This document shows positions 11,308-22,028 of a DNA stretch of 64,000 bases, piece by piece. A program made the position numbers and the translations under genes. The notes under the pieces are model-generated. The model was not told the origin of the DNA. It saw nothing but the letters and a program-made list of their open reading frames with translations, and ran no database searches. This stretch comes from Nitrosopumilus sp. Lineage in GTDB: Archaea; Thermoproteota; Nitrososphaeria; Nitrososphaerales; Nitrosopumilaceae. Each line of letters starts with the position of its first letter. Position 1 is the first letter of the stretch. The stretch spans positions 160,001 to 224,000 of the forward strand of contig CBDBGZ010000009.1 in the NCBI GenBank assembly GCA_965205425.1, given 5' to 3'.

Positions 11308-12349
11308 TGTTCTTTCCAGAAATTATTTCGTGTCACTTTCATGAGTAATTCCTCCATAGAATGCTTGGGTCTATGAGTATTTCGTTTGTTATCATCTTGG
11401 AGTGATACGCATCAGATGGTGTCTCCATGTTATCCAAGTCTAGTGCGCCATGAACTCTAATGTGATTGTACCAATGCATAAACTGCTCCACTGACTCAAA
11501 GTATTCTATTTTACACTCAAAGATATCCCAGAACTTTTCTAGCTTACCATTTGTTTGTGGATGTCTCACTCTTGTACGAGAGTGCTTTACGTGATGTCTC
11601 ATTAGTTGCTGCTCAAAGTCTACTGGCTTGTTATGATCAAGAGTATTGACATTTGATGTGAACTGTTTTCCATTATCAGATAGTACGGATGCTGGTCTAC
11701 CGTGATTCTTTATTGCATCAGATAGTACTGCAGAAGAATTCACAGATGTTGCCTCATCATACACTCCGAAACCCGTGATAAATCGTGAGGCATCATCTTC
11801 AAATGCAATTAGTTGTTTTCCTGCCCAGCGTGAATCATGTATTGTGTGCCAGTCAGTATGCCACAGTGAATTTGAATATTCACGTTCATACCTGATCCAC
11901 TTTCTTCTCATCTTTTTCCGTGGTTGCTCAACTGATAATCCTTCATCTAGCATAATCTTGTGGATGCGATTGTGGTTTATCTTGGTATTGTACAATTTTG
12001 ATATGATTTTCTCAAGGTATAGTGCGTTTGTATGAAATTTTTCTTGAACTTGTTTGACTAGCTCTATCTCGTGTACAGTGACTGGCTTTTTTGGACGCCC
12101 TGGTCTTTTGAGTGTGGGAATCTTTTTGGTTTTTTTGTACTGAGAGTAGACTTGTTGTACTCTTCTAGGCGTTATCTTGAGGATTACTGAAATATCTAAA
12201 TTCTTGACTTTTTCATTTTTAGATTGTATAATCCACCTGATCTTATTCTCATCTAACTTTACCATAGGTATGCCACGATACCCACGCATACGATAGTATG
12301 GGAATGATGCTCTCCTAGTTAAGGGGTGAAATAATTTCCGGAAAAGATA
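11308..12349 (-). mobile_element. IS481-family insertion sequence (transposase 11339..12289)
   Basis: WHTDWH, SDNGKQF, PQTNGKLEKF; TGT end; 15-bp direct repeat TGAAAAATAATCGAG at 11293-11307 and 12350-12364. Confidence 0.9.
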
Positions 12350-12426
12350 TGAAAAATAATCGAGTTTTTACTTCATACACTCCAGAAGACTTAAACTGAT
12401 ATTTTCTGCATTCGAAATGAACTGTT

Positions 12427-12831
12427 TTGAGTGATAATGAAGAGATCATCAATGTTATAGAGACATTATTTCAAGCAGGAATTACCAAAAATTTGGAGAT
12501 GTTGAAAGACATTCATCTAAATGATCCCAAATTCTCTAGTTTCAGTGATTTACCACCATATGATCTTAAAGATTATCAAACAACCATAGAACTTGAAGAA
12601 TTAAGATTTATCAGTATTTCAGACTATACTTACGAGATAAAAAATCCAAAGATTAGCTTATTTGGAGATACAGCAGTTGTTGCATTAGAACTAATTCAAA
12701 AAGGAATGTTAGTAGATAACAAGGCATTCACAGGAGAACACATGGTAATTACAGGTCGTGCAACATTTGTTCTTGTAAAGCAACCAACATGGAAAATTGC
12801 TCACATTCATCTATCAAAAATTGATGGGTGA
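12427..12831 (+). CDS. SnoaL/NTF2-like protein
   Basis: GDTAVV...RATFVLVK..WKIAHIHLS. Confidence 0.8.
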   Translation: MSDNEEIINVIETLFQAGITKNLEMLKDIHLNDPKFSSFSDLPPYDLKDYQTTIELEELRFISISDYTYEIKNPKISLFGDTAVVALELIQKGMLVDNKAFTGEHMVITGRATFVLVKQPTWKIAHIHLSKIDG

Positions 12832-12834
12832 TTT

Positions 12835-13773
12835 TTATTTTTTAGTAGAATCAGGTTTCTTTTGATTAGGATTGTTTGGTTTGTTTGATTTCTTTTGATT
12901 AGGATTGTTTGGTTTGTTTGATTTCTTTTGATTAGGATTGTTTGGTTTGTTTGATTTCTTTTTTTGTGATTTTTGTTTCTTTTTTGGTTCTTCGCTAACT
13001 AATTTTTGGTACAATTTGAAAGCTTGATCAACATTTAGATTTCCATGAATAATTGCTCTAGCAGCTTTTATCATAGGTACGGGATGTTCAGATTGCCAGA
13101 TGTTTCTACCCATATCAACTCCAACTGCACCGGCTTTGATTGCATTATACGTTAACTGTAATGCATCACGTTCAGGAATTTTCTTTCCTCCGGCTACAAT
13201 AATTGGAACAGGACACGATTGAACTACTTTTTCAAAATTATCACAATAGTAAGTTTTGACAATATGTGCACCTTGTTCTGCAGCTACACGACATGCTAAA
13301 GAAAGATATCTTGCATCTTTTCCTAGTTCTTTTCCAACAGCAGTTACTGCTAAAACAGGTATTCCATATTTTTCAGCCTCACTTACAAGTTTTCCAAGAT
13401 TAACAATTGTTTGATATTCATATTTTGAACCGACAAAAATAGACATTGCAAGAGCGCTAGCATTTAGTCTAATTGCATCTTCAATTGACACAGTGATATC
13501 TTCTTGAGATAAATCCTCACCAATAATACTGGAACCACCAGAAACTCTCAAAACCATAGGAGTGTCAGTTGTTGCCGAAACAGATGCTCTTTGAACACCT
13601 CGAGTTACCATTAAAGAATCGCAATGTTTCAAGAGAGGGGCAATTACCTTTTTTGGGTCTTCTAGTTTTTCAGTTGGACCAAGGAAATAGCCATGGTCTA
13701 CTGCCAACATTAATGCACGATTATTTTGTGGTTTAATGATACTTGAAATTCTATTTTTTAATCCCCAATCCAT
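12835..13773 (-). CDS. lsrF: LsrF-like class I aldolase/thiolase
   Basis: LAVDHGYFLGP, GAHIVKTYY, IVAGGKK, GVDMGRNIWQ. Confidence 0.85.
   Translation of the reverse strand: MDWGLKNRISSIIKPQNNRALMLAVDHGYFLGPTEKLEDPKKVIAPLLKHCDSLMVTRGVQRASVSATTDTPMVLRVSGGSSIIGEDLSQEDITVSIEDAIRLNASALAMSIFVGSKYEYQTIVNLGKLVSEAEKYGIPVLAVTAVGKELGKDARYLSLACRVAAEQGAHIVKTYYCDNFEKVVQSCPVPIIVAGGKKIPERDALQLTYNAIKAGAVGVDMGRNIWQSEHPVPMIKAARAIIHGNLNVDQAFKLYQKLVSEEPKKKQKSQKKKSNKPNNPNQKKSNKPNNPNQKKSNKPNNPNQKKPDSTKK
12858..12961. repeat. 33-bp tandem repeat (about 3 copies) encoding QKKSNKPNNPN
   Basis: Visible in DNA and in the lsrF C-terminal tail. Confidence 0.9.
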
Positions 13774-13818
13774 ATTTCTTCGATTTTGAAAGAATGAAAA
13801 TCCCTTCTTAAGCCTTTC

Positions 13819-14847
13819 TTATTTTGTAATGATAATTTTCATCGCATTTTCACCGGTTCGCGCATGATCAAATGCTTTTTGAGTATCAGAAATAGAATAA
13901 GTGTGAGTAACTAATTGTTTGACATCAATTTGAGAAGACTCTATCAAAGATAGGGCTTCTTTGGTATCTAAATCAGAAGCAGCATAACTAGTAACTATAG
14001 TAATTTCTTTTGAGTAGATTTTACTCATGTCTAAATCTAATTTTGCACCTTTTGATGGGACACCAAACATCATGACTGTACCGCCTTTTCTAACCATGTC
14101 TATTGCATCATCTAGTGCTTTCAAACTACTTGTAGCAACAATTGCAACATCTACACCTTGACCATCCGTGTTATCCAAAATTTGTTGTTTTCTAGTTTCA
14201 TCCAAAGATGAAATTGAAGAGGTGATATTGAATTTTTTAGCAAAATCTAATCTAAAATCATTTACATCAAAACAGAAAATCTTTGAAAACTTTTTTGCAT
14301 TTGCAAGCATTACATGCATCATGCCAGTAGGACCTACACCAAAAATAGCAGTGGAATCACCTTCACTATAGGAAAATTTTGTCCAGGCCCTAACACAGCA
14401 TGCCAAAGGTTCAATCATTGCAGCCTCTTCATAACTAAGAGAGTCAGAAATTTTCAAAACACCACCATGAGAAACATTCCACGATGGAACAACATATTCT
14501 TCGGATAATCCACATGGAGATAGATTTGTTTCATAATATTTTTTACACATTGTTTCATTTCTATGATTACAAAAATGACAATCATAGCAAGGGACATGAT
14601 GGTGTGTGAATACTCTATCACCTTTTTTAAATTCAGTTACATCAGAACCAACATCTAAAATAATTCCAGAGGGTTCATGGCCTAAACGCATTGATGGTTG
14701 ACCATATTGACCAAAAACTTTTTCCAAATCAGAACCACAAATACCACATGCATGCATCTGTACTAAAATATCACCAGATTCCAATTGAGGATTTTCTGTT
14801 TCATCAATGGAAATTATAGAAGGCTCTTTAACAGATGCAGTTTTCAT
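13819..14847 (-). CDS. Zn-dependent medium-chain dehydrogenase
   Basis: CGICGSD, GHE, C..C..C...C, GVGPTG. Confidence 0.9.
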   Translation of the reverse strand: MKTASVKEPSIISIDETENPQLESGDILVQMHACGICGSDLEKVFGQYGQPSMRLGHEPSGIILDVGSDVTEFKKGDRVFTHHHVPCYDCHFCNHRNETMCKKYYETNLSPCGLSEEYVVPSWNVSHGGVLKISDSLSYEEAAMIEPLACCVRAWTKFSYSEGDSTAIFGVGPTGMMHVMLANAKKFSKIFCFDVNDFRLDFAKKFNITSSISSLDETRKQQILDNTDGQGVDVAIVATSSLKALDDAIDMVRKGGTVMMFGVPSKGAKLDLDMSKIYSKEITIVTSYAASDLDTKEALSLIESSQIDVKQLVTHTYSISDTQKAFDHARTGENAMKIIITK

Positions 14848-14879
14848 GGTAGAACATTAGAAATTTGAGTATAAGTAGA

Positions 14880-15173
14880 TTATACGCCGAGAATCTTCTT
14901 TAGCATTACTCTATAATCAACTTCGTTCTTTTCACTTCCAGTTGCAGGTAATGCAAAGACAAGAGTAGATTTTTCAGCTCTTAATGCAGTCAATTCATCA
15001 TTAATGGATTCTGTAATATCATCACTAACTAGAACTAAACCCACATCAGAATCATCAGTTAATGTTTTAATTTCCTCCAAGGCTTTTTGTGGATTTTCAG
15101 AAATTTTTCCTGGAATTCCAGCTAATTGGAAACTAGTTACAAAGGATTTACTGCCAACAGTAAAGATTTTCAC
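14880..15173 (-). CDS. A/V-type ATP synthase subunit F
   Basis: MKIFTVG...FQLAGI; ends KILGV. Confidence 0.85.
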   Translation of the reverse strand: MKIFTVGSKSFVTSFQLAGIPGKISENPQKALEEIKTLTDDSDVGLVLVSDDITESINDELTALRAEKSTLVFALPATGSEKNEVDYRVMLKKILGV

Positions 15174-15260
15174 AGTTGAGAATTTTGTACGTTCTAATTT
15201 AACCCTTTTTGGCGGAATTAGATCAGGAAGGTTGATTTAGTTTGAAAAATAGGTGATTTT

Positions 15261-15560
15261 ATGGCAGAAATTGATACTCAGAAAGATGTCTATTTGTTCC
15301 TACATGGAAAAATGGATCTTAAAGAAAAAGCAACAAATGCATTAACTGCAAAAGGATTTGCAGCTGATAAAGTCACCATGGCCCTACCAACCAAAGTTGG
15401 AGAAATAGGAGATTACATGGCAATGTTATGGATGCCTCCAAACCCAGATCACATCAAGATTCAACAAATTACAAAAGTTGAAGAAGTTAAACCGGAAGGA
15501 ATGGTGGGTCTTTGGAAAGGTGTTTCAAAAGACGATATCGATACTATACCATTAGAATAG
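15261..15560 (+). CDS. Hypothetical protein
   Basis: 99-aa ORF preceded by GGTGA ribosome-binding site. Confidence 0.7.
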   Translation: MAEIDTQKDVYLFLHGKMDLKEKATNALTAKGFAADKVTMALPTKVGEIGDYMAMLWMPPNPDHIKIQQITKVEEVKPEGMVGLWKGVSKDDIDTIPLE

Positions 15561-15562
15561 GT

Positions 15563-15814
15563 TTAGCTGAATCCAGCTCCAAACTCATTACCTTTTTCTA
15601 AAACATCACTAGAATCAGAATTTTTTAATTTTCTATAAAGCAATGTCTCATAAACAATTTTCATTGCCTGTTCATCATCTAAATCACAATCATCTTTGAT
15701 TTGATTTTTGTATTTTGCAAGTTTTGTTTCATCTTGTTCATCAGGAGATATCCCATCATGAACCATAAGATTTGCAATCTTTTCAATTTCAGAATTTTGT
15801 TGGTCTTCATCCAT
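15563..15814 (-). CDS. Hypothetical acidic protein
   Basis: 83-aa ORF ending FGAGFS. Confidence 0.65.
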   Translation of the reverse strand: MDEDQQNSEIEKIANLMVHDGISPDEQDETKLAKYKNQIKDDCDLDDEQAMKIVYETLLYRKLKNSDSSDVLEKGNEFGAGFS

Positions 15815-15862
15815 GATTTTATAAGAAATTTCTAGTTATTAACACATTCGAATAACTGATTA

Positions 15863-16165
15863 TTACAAATCAGATATCAATCCAGAAAGAAAATCAGTAA
15901 ACTCATCATCTGAAAAAATAATTTTTTCAACTTGGTTTTGAGTTCGAGCTAATTGTGCGGATTCTAAATGATAGCATGTCGTTTTTCCATTTAATTTTCC
16001 AAAATAGAATCCAGGACAAGAACAATAATTGCTTTCAGGATCAATCCAGTGCTCTTCCCCTTTTCCAACTACAGTCCAGATTTTTCGTTGAGTGGGCTCA
16101 AAAACATGTAGTTTTACACGTTTTTCAGAAACCATTGATTGAACTCGATCCGGATCTTTGTTCAT
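15863..16165 (-). CDS. SWIM zinc-finger protein
   Basis: YCSCPGF...CYH. Confidence 0.8.
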   Translation of the reverse strand: MNKDPDRVQSMVSEKRVKLHVFEPTQRKIWTVVGKGEEHWIDPESNYCSCPGFYFGKLNGKTTCYHLESAQLARTQNQVEKIIFSDDEFTDFLSGLISDL

Positions 16166-16196
16166 AAGAGTTTAATCAGATATCTACAGTATAACT

Positions 16197-16446
16197 TTGA
16201 TGTTACAAACAAGAATAGTCCCATCAAAACCAGCTTTAATTTTAGAGGGAGAAAAAAAGAATCTCATAGTCACAGATGTTCACATAGGATTTGAGAATAG
16301 TATGTCTTCAAATGAAATTTTCATAGGTAAAAATTCAACGATAAATGAAATAATTCAAGAATTATTAGAAATAATTGATGTAGAAAAACCAGATTCTGTA
16401 ATTTTACTAGGAGATGTTAAATCCAGCATCAAAAGTATTTCTAGAA
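16197..16446 (+). pseudogene. Metallophosphoesterase, 5' half (interrupted by integrated element)
   Basis: Calcineurin-like motifs I and II (TDVHIG, LLGDV); premature stop just after attL. Confidence 0.9.
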
Positions 16447-16750
16447 AGCAGTAGAAAGTTAGATTAGATTAAGAAAAAATTCCCACGAATTTCACGCCAT
16501 TAATGTATTCTAAAAAGGATTAATTTGTTTGAATCGCTGTAAAGCGTTTGTGTGTATGTATATTTTTTAGGAAGATAATTTGTATTTGACTAAAATCATT
16601 TTTTCCATATTGACGTTTTCTTTCTACTAGAACAGAATCTTTCATAATTACCACAGTTATTGCATTTTAACAAATGATCGGAAGATAACCATGACCATCT
16701 AGTATTTTTTAAAAATCCTTTGTTGCATTTCTTACATCTTCTTTTTGTAC

Positions 16751-17095
16751 TCATCTTGATCGAATCTTATTACATAATTTTTCTACTGGTTTTAGAACTG
16801 TAAAATATACAAATGTCACACAAAAGGCAATTCCAAAAAAGAATTCAGAGAATCCATTAAGCACGTAATCAATTTCATCAATCAAAATCACAGTAAGTAA
16901 AATAATTGCAAGTGGTGGTAAAAGAATTCTTAATACTAATTTTTCATAATTTTTAGCAGTATTCTTGTTTTTCTTTTTGTCTGGATAATACTTGTTGCAT
17001 TTACAAGAGTTACAACCGCCTACTTCATTTTTTGGTTTGGTACATTCTGCATGAGTTCCTCTTGAATGTCCACAAGTACAAAAGAATCTTAACAT
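16751..17095 (-). CDS. Cys-rich protein with two C-terminal TM segments
   Basis: CTCGH...H...C..CKC followed by hydrophobic helices. Confidence 0.65.
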   Translation of the reverse strand: MLRFFCTCGHSRGTHAECTKPKNEVGGCNSCKCNKYYPDKKKNKNTAKNYEKLVLRILLPPLAIILLTVILIDEIDYVLNGFSEFFFGIAFCVTFVYFTVLKPVEKLCNKIRSR

Positions 17096-17766
17096 TTTAT
17101 TTTACATGCCTCTTTCATGTTTTGCCAATGATTCAACTCATTCCAAGCCTTTGATGAATTGTGATTAAATGAAAATTGCTCTTGTTGGATAATTTTTACT
17201 GTGTTTAATCTATCAAACTCACAACCAGTGTATAGATAATAAATCGTATCAGGTAAAACATATCTTAAATTATCATCAGATATGGTTGCACTGTGACAGT
17301 TTGAATCAACATAGCGTGTATTGTGTAATGTTCTGATTCCGTCTGATATTTTATGATCACCAGATAAAACAAAATCACCTAGTTGTGGTTCTACATATAT
17401 CATGAAAATTTTGTTTCTAATGTCAGCAGGAGGATCAATAAAGATAGCATTTGTGTTAAAATGATCATACCATTTGAAATGATGTTCTAGTTGTGGTGGC
17501 TCTCTTTGGAATATTTCATTAACATAATCAAAGCCACCTGAAATGTTTCTATTTGAACTATCAAGATGAATCAACAAAAGATCATCATATTTGATGCAAT
17601 TCTCAGACAACATACATGATTTGCTTAGTGCAATGCCTATCTTCTGATTGTATGTTTCTTCTTCTGCATATGAATATTCGATTAAACCACCTACAGCAAA
17701 TCCAATAACTCCAAATATTATGGATAATGTAATTGTTTTTTTCCAGTTAATCCGCCTATTTTTCAA
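17089..17766 (-). CDS. Membrane-anchored/secreted hypothetical protein
   Basis: N-terminal hydrophobic segment; motif-A promoter 22 nt upstream. Confidence 0.75.
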   Translation of the reverse strand: MKNRRINWKKTITLSIIFGVIGFAVGGLIEYSYAEEETYNQKIGIALSKSCMLSENCIKYDDLLLIHLDSSNRNISGGFDYVNEIFQREPPQLEHHFKWYDHFNTNAIFIDPPADIRNKIFMIYVEPQLGDFVLSGDHKISDGIRTLHNTRYVDSNCHSATISDDNLRYVLPDTIYYLYTGCEFDRLNTVKIIQQEQFSFNHNSSKAWNELNHWQNMKEACKIKC

Positions 17767-17803
17767 CAGTATAGATCAATTTCTGAGAATAAAAAAACTA
17801 GGT

Positions 17804-18340
17804 TTAGTAGCCAATTACTCTTTTTCGCAGTTTTGATAATAGAGAAGGTTTCATCGATGCATTTTTGGCTAGAATTTTTCTTCCCTCTACATAACCGTGT
17901 CTGTCTAGTATTGCATGTTGTTTCTTTCGTAGTTTTTCAGCCTGAATTTTTTGAATTCTTGCTTGTTTTTCTTGCTGTATTTTCTTAAGATATGCCTCAT
18001 CTCTGATTCTTTGGGCATTTAGTTTTTCTTGCTTTTTGTGTGCTGTTACTTTATCGTGCATCTTTCTTGTTTCTGCATTTCTCACATTTTGCTTGAAGTT
18101 TTTGATGTCATGATACATTGTCTGCATTCCTTGTATGGAATCCTCAAATCCTTGAGCATCAATGCCAAAATAGTTTTCAGACTTTTTAGTAGATGATTTT
18201 TTACTTTTTCTCTTTCTTTTTGGAGTTGTATGTGATGTCGATTTTCTTTTTGGTGGATTAGGTAATGAAAATCCATCTGCAAATACATTATTTTTCTTTC
18301 TCTTTGATATTTTATGATCACCATAATCTAGCAAACCCAT
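17804..18340 (-). CDS. Basic low-complexity/coiled-coil protein starting with GLLDYG motif
   Basis: Start moved to ATG 18340, which lies 24 nt below the motif-B TATA box. Confidence 0.7.
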   Translation of the reverse strand: MGLLDYGDHKISKRKKNNVFADGFSLPNPPKRKSTSHTTPKRKRKSKKSSTKKSENYFGIDAQGFEDSIQGMQTMYHDIKNFKQNVRNAETRKMHDKVTAHKKQEKLNAQRIRDEAYLKKIQQEKQARIQKIQAEKLRKKQHAILDRHGYVEGRKILAKNASMKPSLLSKLRKRVIGY

Positions 18341-18495
18341 TGTATTATTTGCCAAAAAAAGGTTATTTAAAGAAAAATTGCGATCAATAAAAAATTAGAT
18401 TCATTTTTGTATGTTTCCTACACATTTTGGACATGTCAGTTTATTTTTCAAAGCATCATGCACGATTCCTTTACCATCACAGTTTTTGCATAAAC

Positions 18496-19086
18496 TCAAT
18501 TTTCTTTTCTCCTGAAAATTATCCAGCATGAATCATATGGTGCAGAGGTTTCAGCCATCTTTTCTGAACATTTAGGACAGAACATTTCTTCAACATCATA
18601 AAATGACTTTTTGCAGATTTTACAATTTTTTGGTACAATTCCATTTAGAGTAAATTTTATTCTGTGGTCTATGGGTAGGAATTCTGCTAACCACTTGTTG
18701 TTTTTCCTGTCATATACAAACTCATGAAACCATTTTACACCAATCTTACCAAAGACCAAAATCAAGGCATTAACGTTATACTTTAGATGTTCTTCATATG
18801 CTTTTTTCATCCACGTGCCAATTTGAGAGTATGGTGGATTCATGAAAAAATCCTCATTCCATTGTTGATTTAGCGCATTGTCTTTTTCTGAGAAATATTT
18901 CTCACATCTTCTATTTTTCTCATTTGCACATACGTCTATTGCAGGAGTAACGTCATAGTTCCAGACTGCATATGCATATTCAGATCGCGGGGTTTCCCAA
19001 TAGTCATTTACGTTAATAATCCCTAGATGTTGGATTGCTTTTTTCATTTTTGATACCTCATAATCACTGCAAAAACAAAGGCACAA
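18496..19086 (-). CDS. Phage-type DNA N6-adenine methyltransferase (Dam-like) with Zn-ribbon insertion
   Basis: WETP, DVCA, FMNPPYS, RIKF; inserted CKIC...CPKC; likely start at MKKAIQ. Confidence 0.85.
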   Translation of the reverse strand: MCLCFCSDYEVSKMKKAIQHLGIINVNDYWETPRSEYAYAVWNYDVTPAIDVCANEKNRRCEKYFSEKDNALNQQWNEDFFMNPPYSQIGTWMKKAYEEHLKYNVNALILVFGKIGVKWFHEFVYDRKNNKWLAEFLPIDHRIKFTLNGIVPKNCKICKKSFYDVEEMFCPKCSEKMAETSAPYDSCWIIFRRKEN

Positions 19087-19292
19087 TCACAACGACTACA
19101 AACGTTTAGTTTGTCTTTTAGTGTAACAAGATCATATTCTTCTGATAATTTCTTTCTACAAACAGGACACCAAATAACTAATCCATCAATCATATTCTTC
19201 ATCCTCATATTCTTCATCCCCATACTCCCAATCTTGGGGGTTTTGTGTATCCTCATGTCCATTAGGATCAACATCAAAAGGAATTGGAAAAC

Positions 19293-19637
19293 TCATGCCA
19301 TACACTCCTGGACCTGTGCGGTTGTGTGATGGTCTTTAGGTCTGCCACAGGATATGCATTTCTCTTTTACTTTACCCCAAAAAGAGCCAGAGGATTTGGT
19401 TTTGTATCTTGGTTTAACAGATACAACAGTTACTGTATCATCTTCCGAATAATCATCTATTGTACAATTTGATTTTACTTTTATCGCACATTCCAAATGA
19501 TAGAATCTGTGATTAATTTTGATAAATGAATCCTGTAACTCTGAATACAATACAATGTCTTTTTTGCAAAAGGTACATTTTGTCATAGAACAACCTCCAA
19601 AGAGAAGATCCCTTGTGCAGTAGCAGTATCTACACAA
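19293..19637 (-). CDS. Zn-finger protein
   Basis: CTFC...HLEC and CISC...H...C; likely start at MTKC. Confidence 0.6.
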   Translation of the reverse strand: MCRYCYCTRDLLFGGCSMTKCTFCKKDIVLYSELQDSFIKINHRFYHLECAIKVKSNCTIDDYSEDDTVTVVSVKPRYKTKSSGSFWGKVKEKCISCGRPKDHHTTAQVQECMA

Positions 19638-19821
19638 GGGATACTATGGTCGGTTTGTGCCATGTTATTTGTATGACAATTTGCAGTGACTCCAAAGCTG
19701 CACAAATTACATGACAAGCAAAAATGATTCATCAATTATTCCATCCCTTACACATTCGGCAAATTTTATTTTCCGTGTCTGTTCTTCTACCACAGTCTTT
19801 TATGCAAAAATAATATCTCAT

Positions 19822-20244
19822 TTAGCACACACTCCATCCACATTTTAGACATTCTGAATAAATTGGGATATATTCTTCATCTGAAAATTCGTCTGCTTCT
19901 GATAGGTGGTATTCTGTTTCGCACTTTGTGTTGCATTCAGGACAAACTATAAGATCGTAAGGTATCTTACCCTCATCATTTTCAATATAATTATCTGCAC
20001 CATCAAAGATAGATTCCTCAATGTTGTTTCCTTTTTCATCCTTGATTTTTCTTACAACAGAGATTTCATCACATTCAAAGTCTATTGCAAATGTTGTTCC
20101 ATCATGACCTAGTTTCTTTACATAAATTGTATCATCCAAATCATCAATGGTACAATATCTTTTGAGATATTGTATGGTATGTTGTTTTGATAGTGTTGGT
20201 AGGATTTCAACACCAGGAAATAGGATTATTGGTTTTTGGTTCAT
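19822..20244 (-). CDS. Acidic protein with C-terminal Zn ribbon
   Basis: CPEC...CLKCGW. Confidence 0.7.
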   Translation of the reverse strand: MNQKPIILFPGVEILPTLSKQHTIQYLKRYCTIDDLDDTIYVKKLGHDGTTFAIDFECDEISVVRKIKDEKGNNIEESIFDGADNYIENDEGKIPYDLIVCPECNTKCETEYHLSEADEFSDEEYIPIYSECLKCGWSVC

Positions 20245-20426
20245 GGTATAACTCCTGGTGGAACTTTGACATCCATAATTTCCGTCATGATGACAAAAGT
20301 GGTATTGCAGTCATTGCAGCAAAAACTATGCTCATTTAGATCCTCCCTTGTACTGACGCTGTTTGTCAATTCAACATCTTCTGACATACATTGACCATTG
20401 ATGCAGTGAATCTCGATTGATGCCAT
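20241..20426 (-). CDS. Small Zn-ribbon protein
   Basis: C....C...CNDC; start/stop overlaps with both neighbours. Confidence 0.65.
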   Translation of the reverse strand: MASIEIHCINGQCMSEDVELTNSVSTREDLNEHSFCCNDCNTTFVIMTEIMDVKVPPGVIP

Positions 20427-20574
20427 TAGATAATAATCTCCTTTTCTTTTTTGATTGATTTTTTATGATGTCTAATTATCTCATTTTTGATTTCATTTAG
20501 TGCAGCATATTTTAATTTGAGATGGTTACACTTTGAACATACCAGAATAAAAGATCGCAAGTTGCTAGGAATAA

Positions 20575-20787
20575 TCATTGAATAATTACCTCTTTTGTAG
20601 AGATTAAGCAAAAATTCTCTAGTGTGAAATTGATTGATACTTTTCTTATCTGTCTGTGTTTGTGATGTGTAGCATGGTGCTTTGATGATGATACCATAGT
20701 TTCAAAGCATTTACCGCATTTCTTGCAAGAGTATGGTATTTCAAACCCGAACAGATCAAATTGAACTGGTATTGATGGTGGTGTCAA
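20575..20787 (-). CDS. C2H2 zinc-finger protein
   Basis: YSCKKCGKCF......HHATHH. Confidence 0.7.
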   Translation of the reverse strand: MTPPSIPVQFDLFGFEIPYSCKKCGKCFETMVSSSKHHATHHKHRQIRKVSINFTLENFCLISTKEVIIQ

Positions 20788-21356
20788 TTCGGATAAATCT
20801 CCATGAGTTCTTTTCTTTCTGATTCGTAAAGACTGCCATGTGAGATTTCAACGTGCTTTCGGTAATCGTCTAGTTGTTCAAAGTTAAATGCCCTCATCTC
20901 TATTTTCTTGTTGCATCTCATGCAACGCAGAGTACCATTTTCTTGCAAGATTTTCTTTGGCTTGTGAGTTATTGTGGTACCGTATGACTTGAATTCCACT
21001 TTTGGTGTATCATCTGTTGCTGGTTCTGTGTGATTCTCTATTAAATTTGGAATCTCGCCATTGTTTACCAGTCTGGCAAAATCCTCAGGAGTTCCACCGT
21101 CTTTTCTAATTTCTTTCCATAGTTTAAGGCGATCAGATCCTAGTTTGATTCTTTCATGTTCTTGCTTTGTAGTTAGTGTTGTGTTGTATTCTGTATTTTC
21201 TGATTGTACCGTCTGAGTATTTTTTCCATTGATGAAATCTGTGAATAGATTCTTTGCAATTTCGTTTCTCTGCTCTATTGGGTATTTTGAGAGATATTTT
21301 TCTAATGTTTTATCATCCATGTTAAATTGAACTTTACGCTCAAAACTCAATGGCAA
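20784..21356 (-). CDS. Putative DNA-binding protein with C-terminal C2H2 finger
   Basis: CMRC...HVEISH; N-terminus resembles a ribbon-helix-helix (RKVQFNMD). Confidence 0.65.
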   Translation of the reverse strand: MPLSFERKVQFNMDDKTLEKYLSKYPIEQRNEIAKNLFTDFINGKNTQTVQSENTEYNTTLTTKQEHERIKLGSDRLKLWKEIRKDGGTPEDFARLVNNGEIPNLIENHTEPATDDTPKVEFKSYGTTITHKPKKILQENGTLRCMRCNKKIEMRAFNFEQLDDYRKHVEISHGSLYESERKELMEIYPN

Positions 21357-21357
21357 A

Positions 21358-21771
21358 TTACTTGTTCCTCCTTTGTGTTATCAGTAGTTGGGAAATATTG
21401 AACAAAACACATTTTGCATAGACATCAAAGGAAATGTTTTGTGATTGACACCATTCCTCGTTAATAATTACTGGGTGATACCCAGCAGTGACATAGTCTG
21501 AATTTCTGTTATACGTTTGAGAAGACATTGACATTTCATCACCTGAACCGTGAATAGTACCATCTAGTTCTATCGGGATGGTATGACCATACTTTTTTAC
21601 TATAAAATCAGGATAACGCCTTTCATGAATGAAAGAATGATTAATGATAACCTCATTACGTAATGGATGAAATTCTGATAATTCCTTTTGCAGTTTATCT
21701 AGTTTGGTACTATCTGAATTACGATCTCTTTTTTTGGATGTTGCTGCCCTTACAAAGGATTTTCCTTTCAT
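21358..21771 (-). CDS. Vsr/DUF559-like PD-(D/E)xK endonuclease
   Basis: YPDFIV...IELDGTIH...RN..Y...GY. Confidence 0.7.
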   Translation of the reverse strand: MKGKSFVRAATSKKRDRNSDSTKLDKLQKELSEFHPLRNEVIINHSFIHERRYPDFIVKKYGHTIPIELDGTIHGSGDEMSMSSQTYNRNSDYVTAGYHPVIINEEWCQSQNISFDVYAKCVLFNISQLLITQRRNK

Positions 21772-22028
21772 GCAGAAAACCTCTTGTTGATAAATTGGAT
21801 TATCTCGTTTAATTTTTTGCGATTATCTAGTGCAAGTGCTTCAGAGTAGGATATTTCACCAATAGATACAACAGGTAACGGAATGATTATTTTGCCTTGT
21901 TTTTTCCTAATGTGATGTTCCAACTGTACAATTATAGTTTCAATTTCAGATATTGCAGTTGGTGTATTGCCTAGTTCTAAGAGTTTTTTTATCTTGTCTA
22001 ATATTATGATGATGTTCTGATCTTCCAT
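21768..22028 (-). CDS. Hypothetical protein
   Basis: ORF with start/stop overlaps in the operon. Confidence 0.6.
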   Translation of the reverse strand: MEDQNIIIILDKIKKLLELGNTPTAISEIETIIVQLEHHIRKKQGKIIIPLPVVSIGEISYSEALALDNRKKLNEIIQFINKRFSA

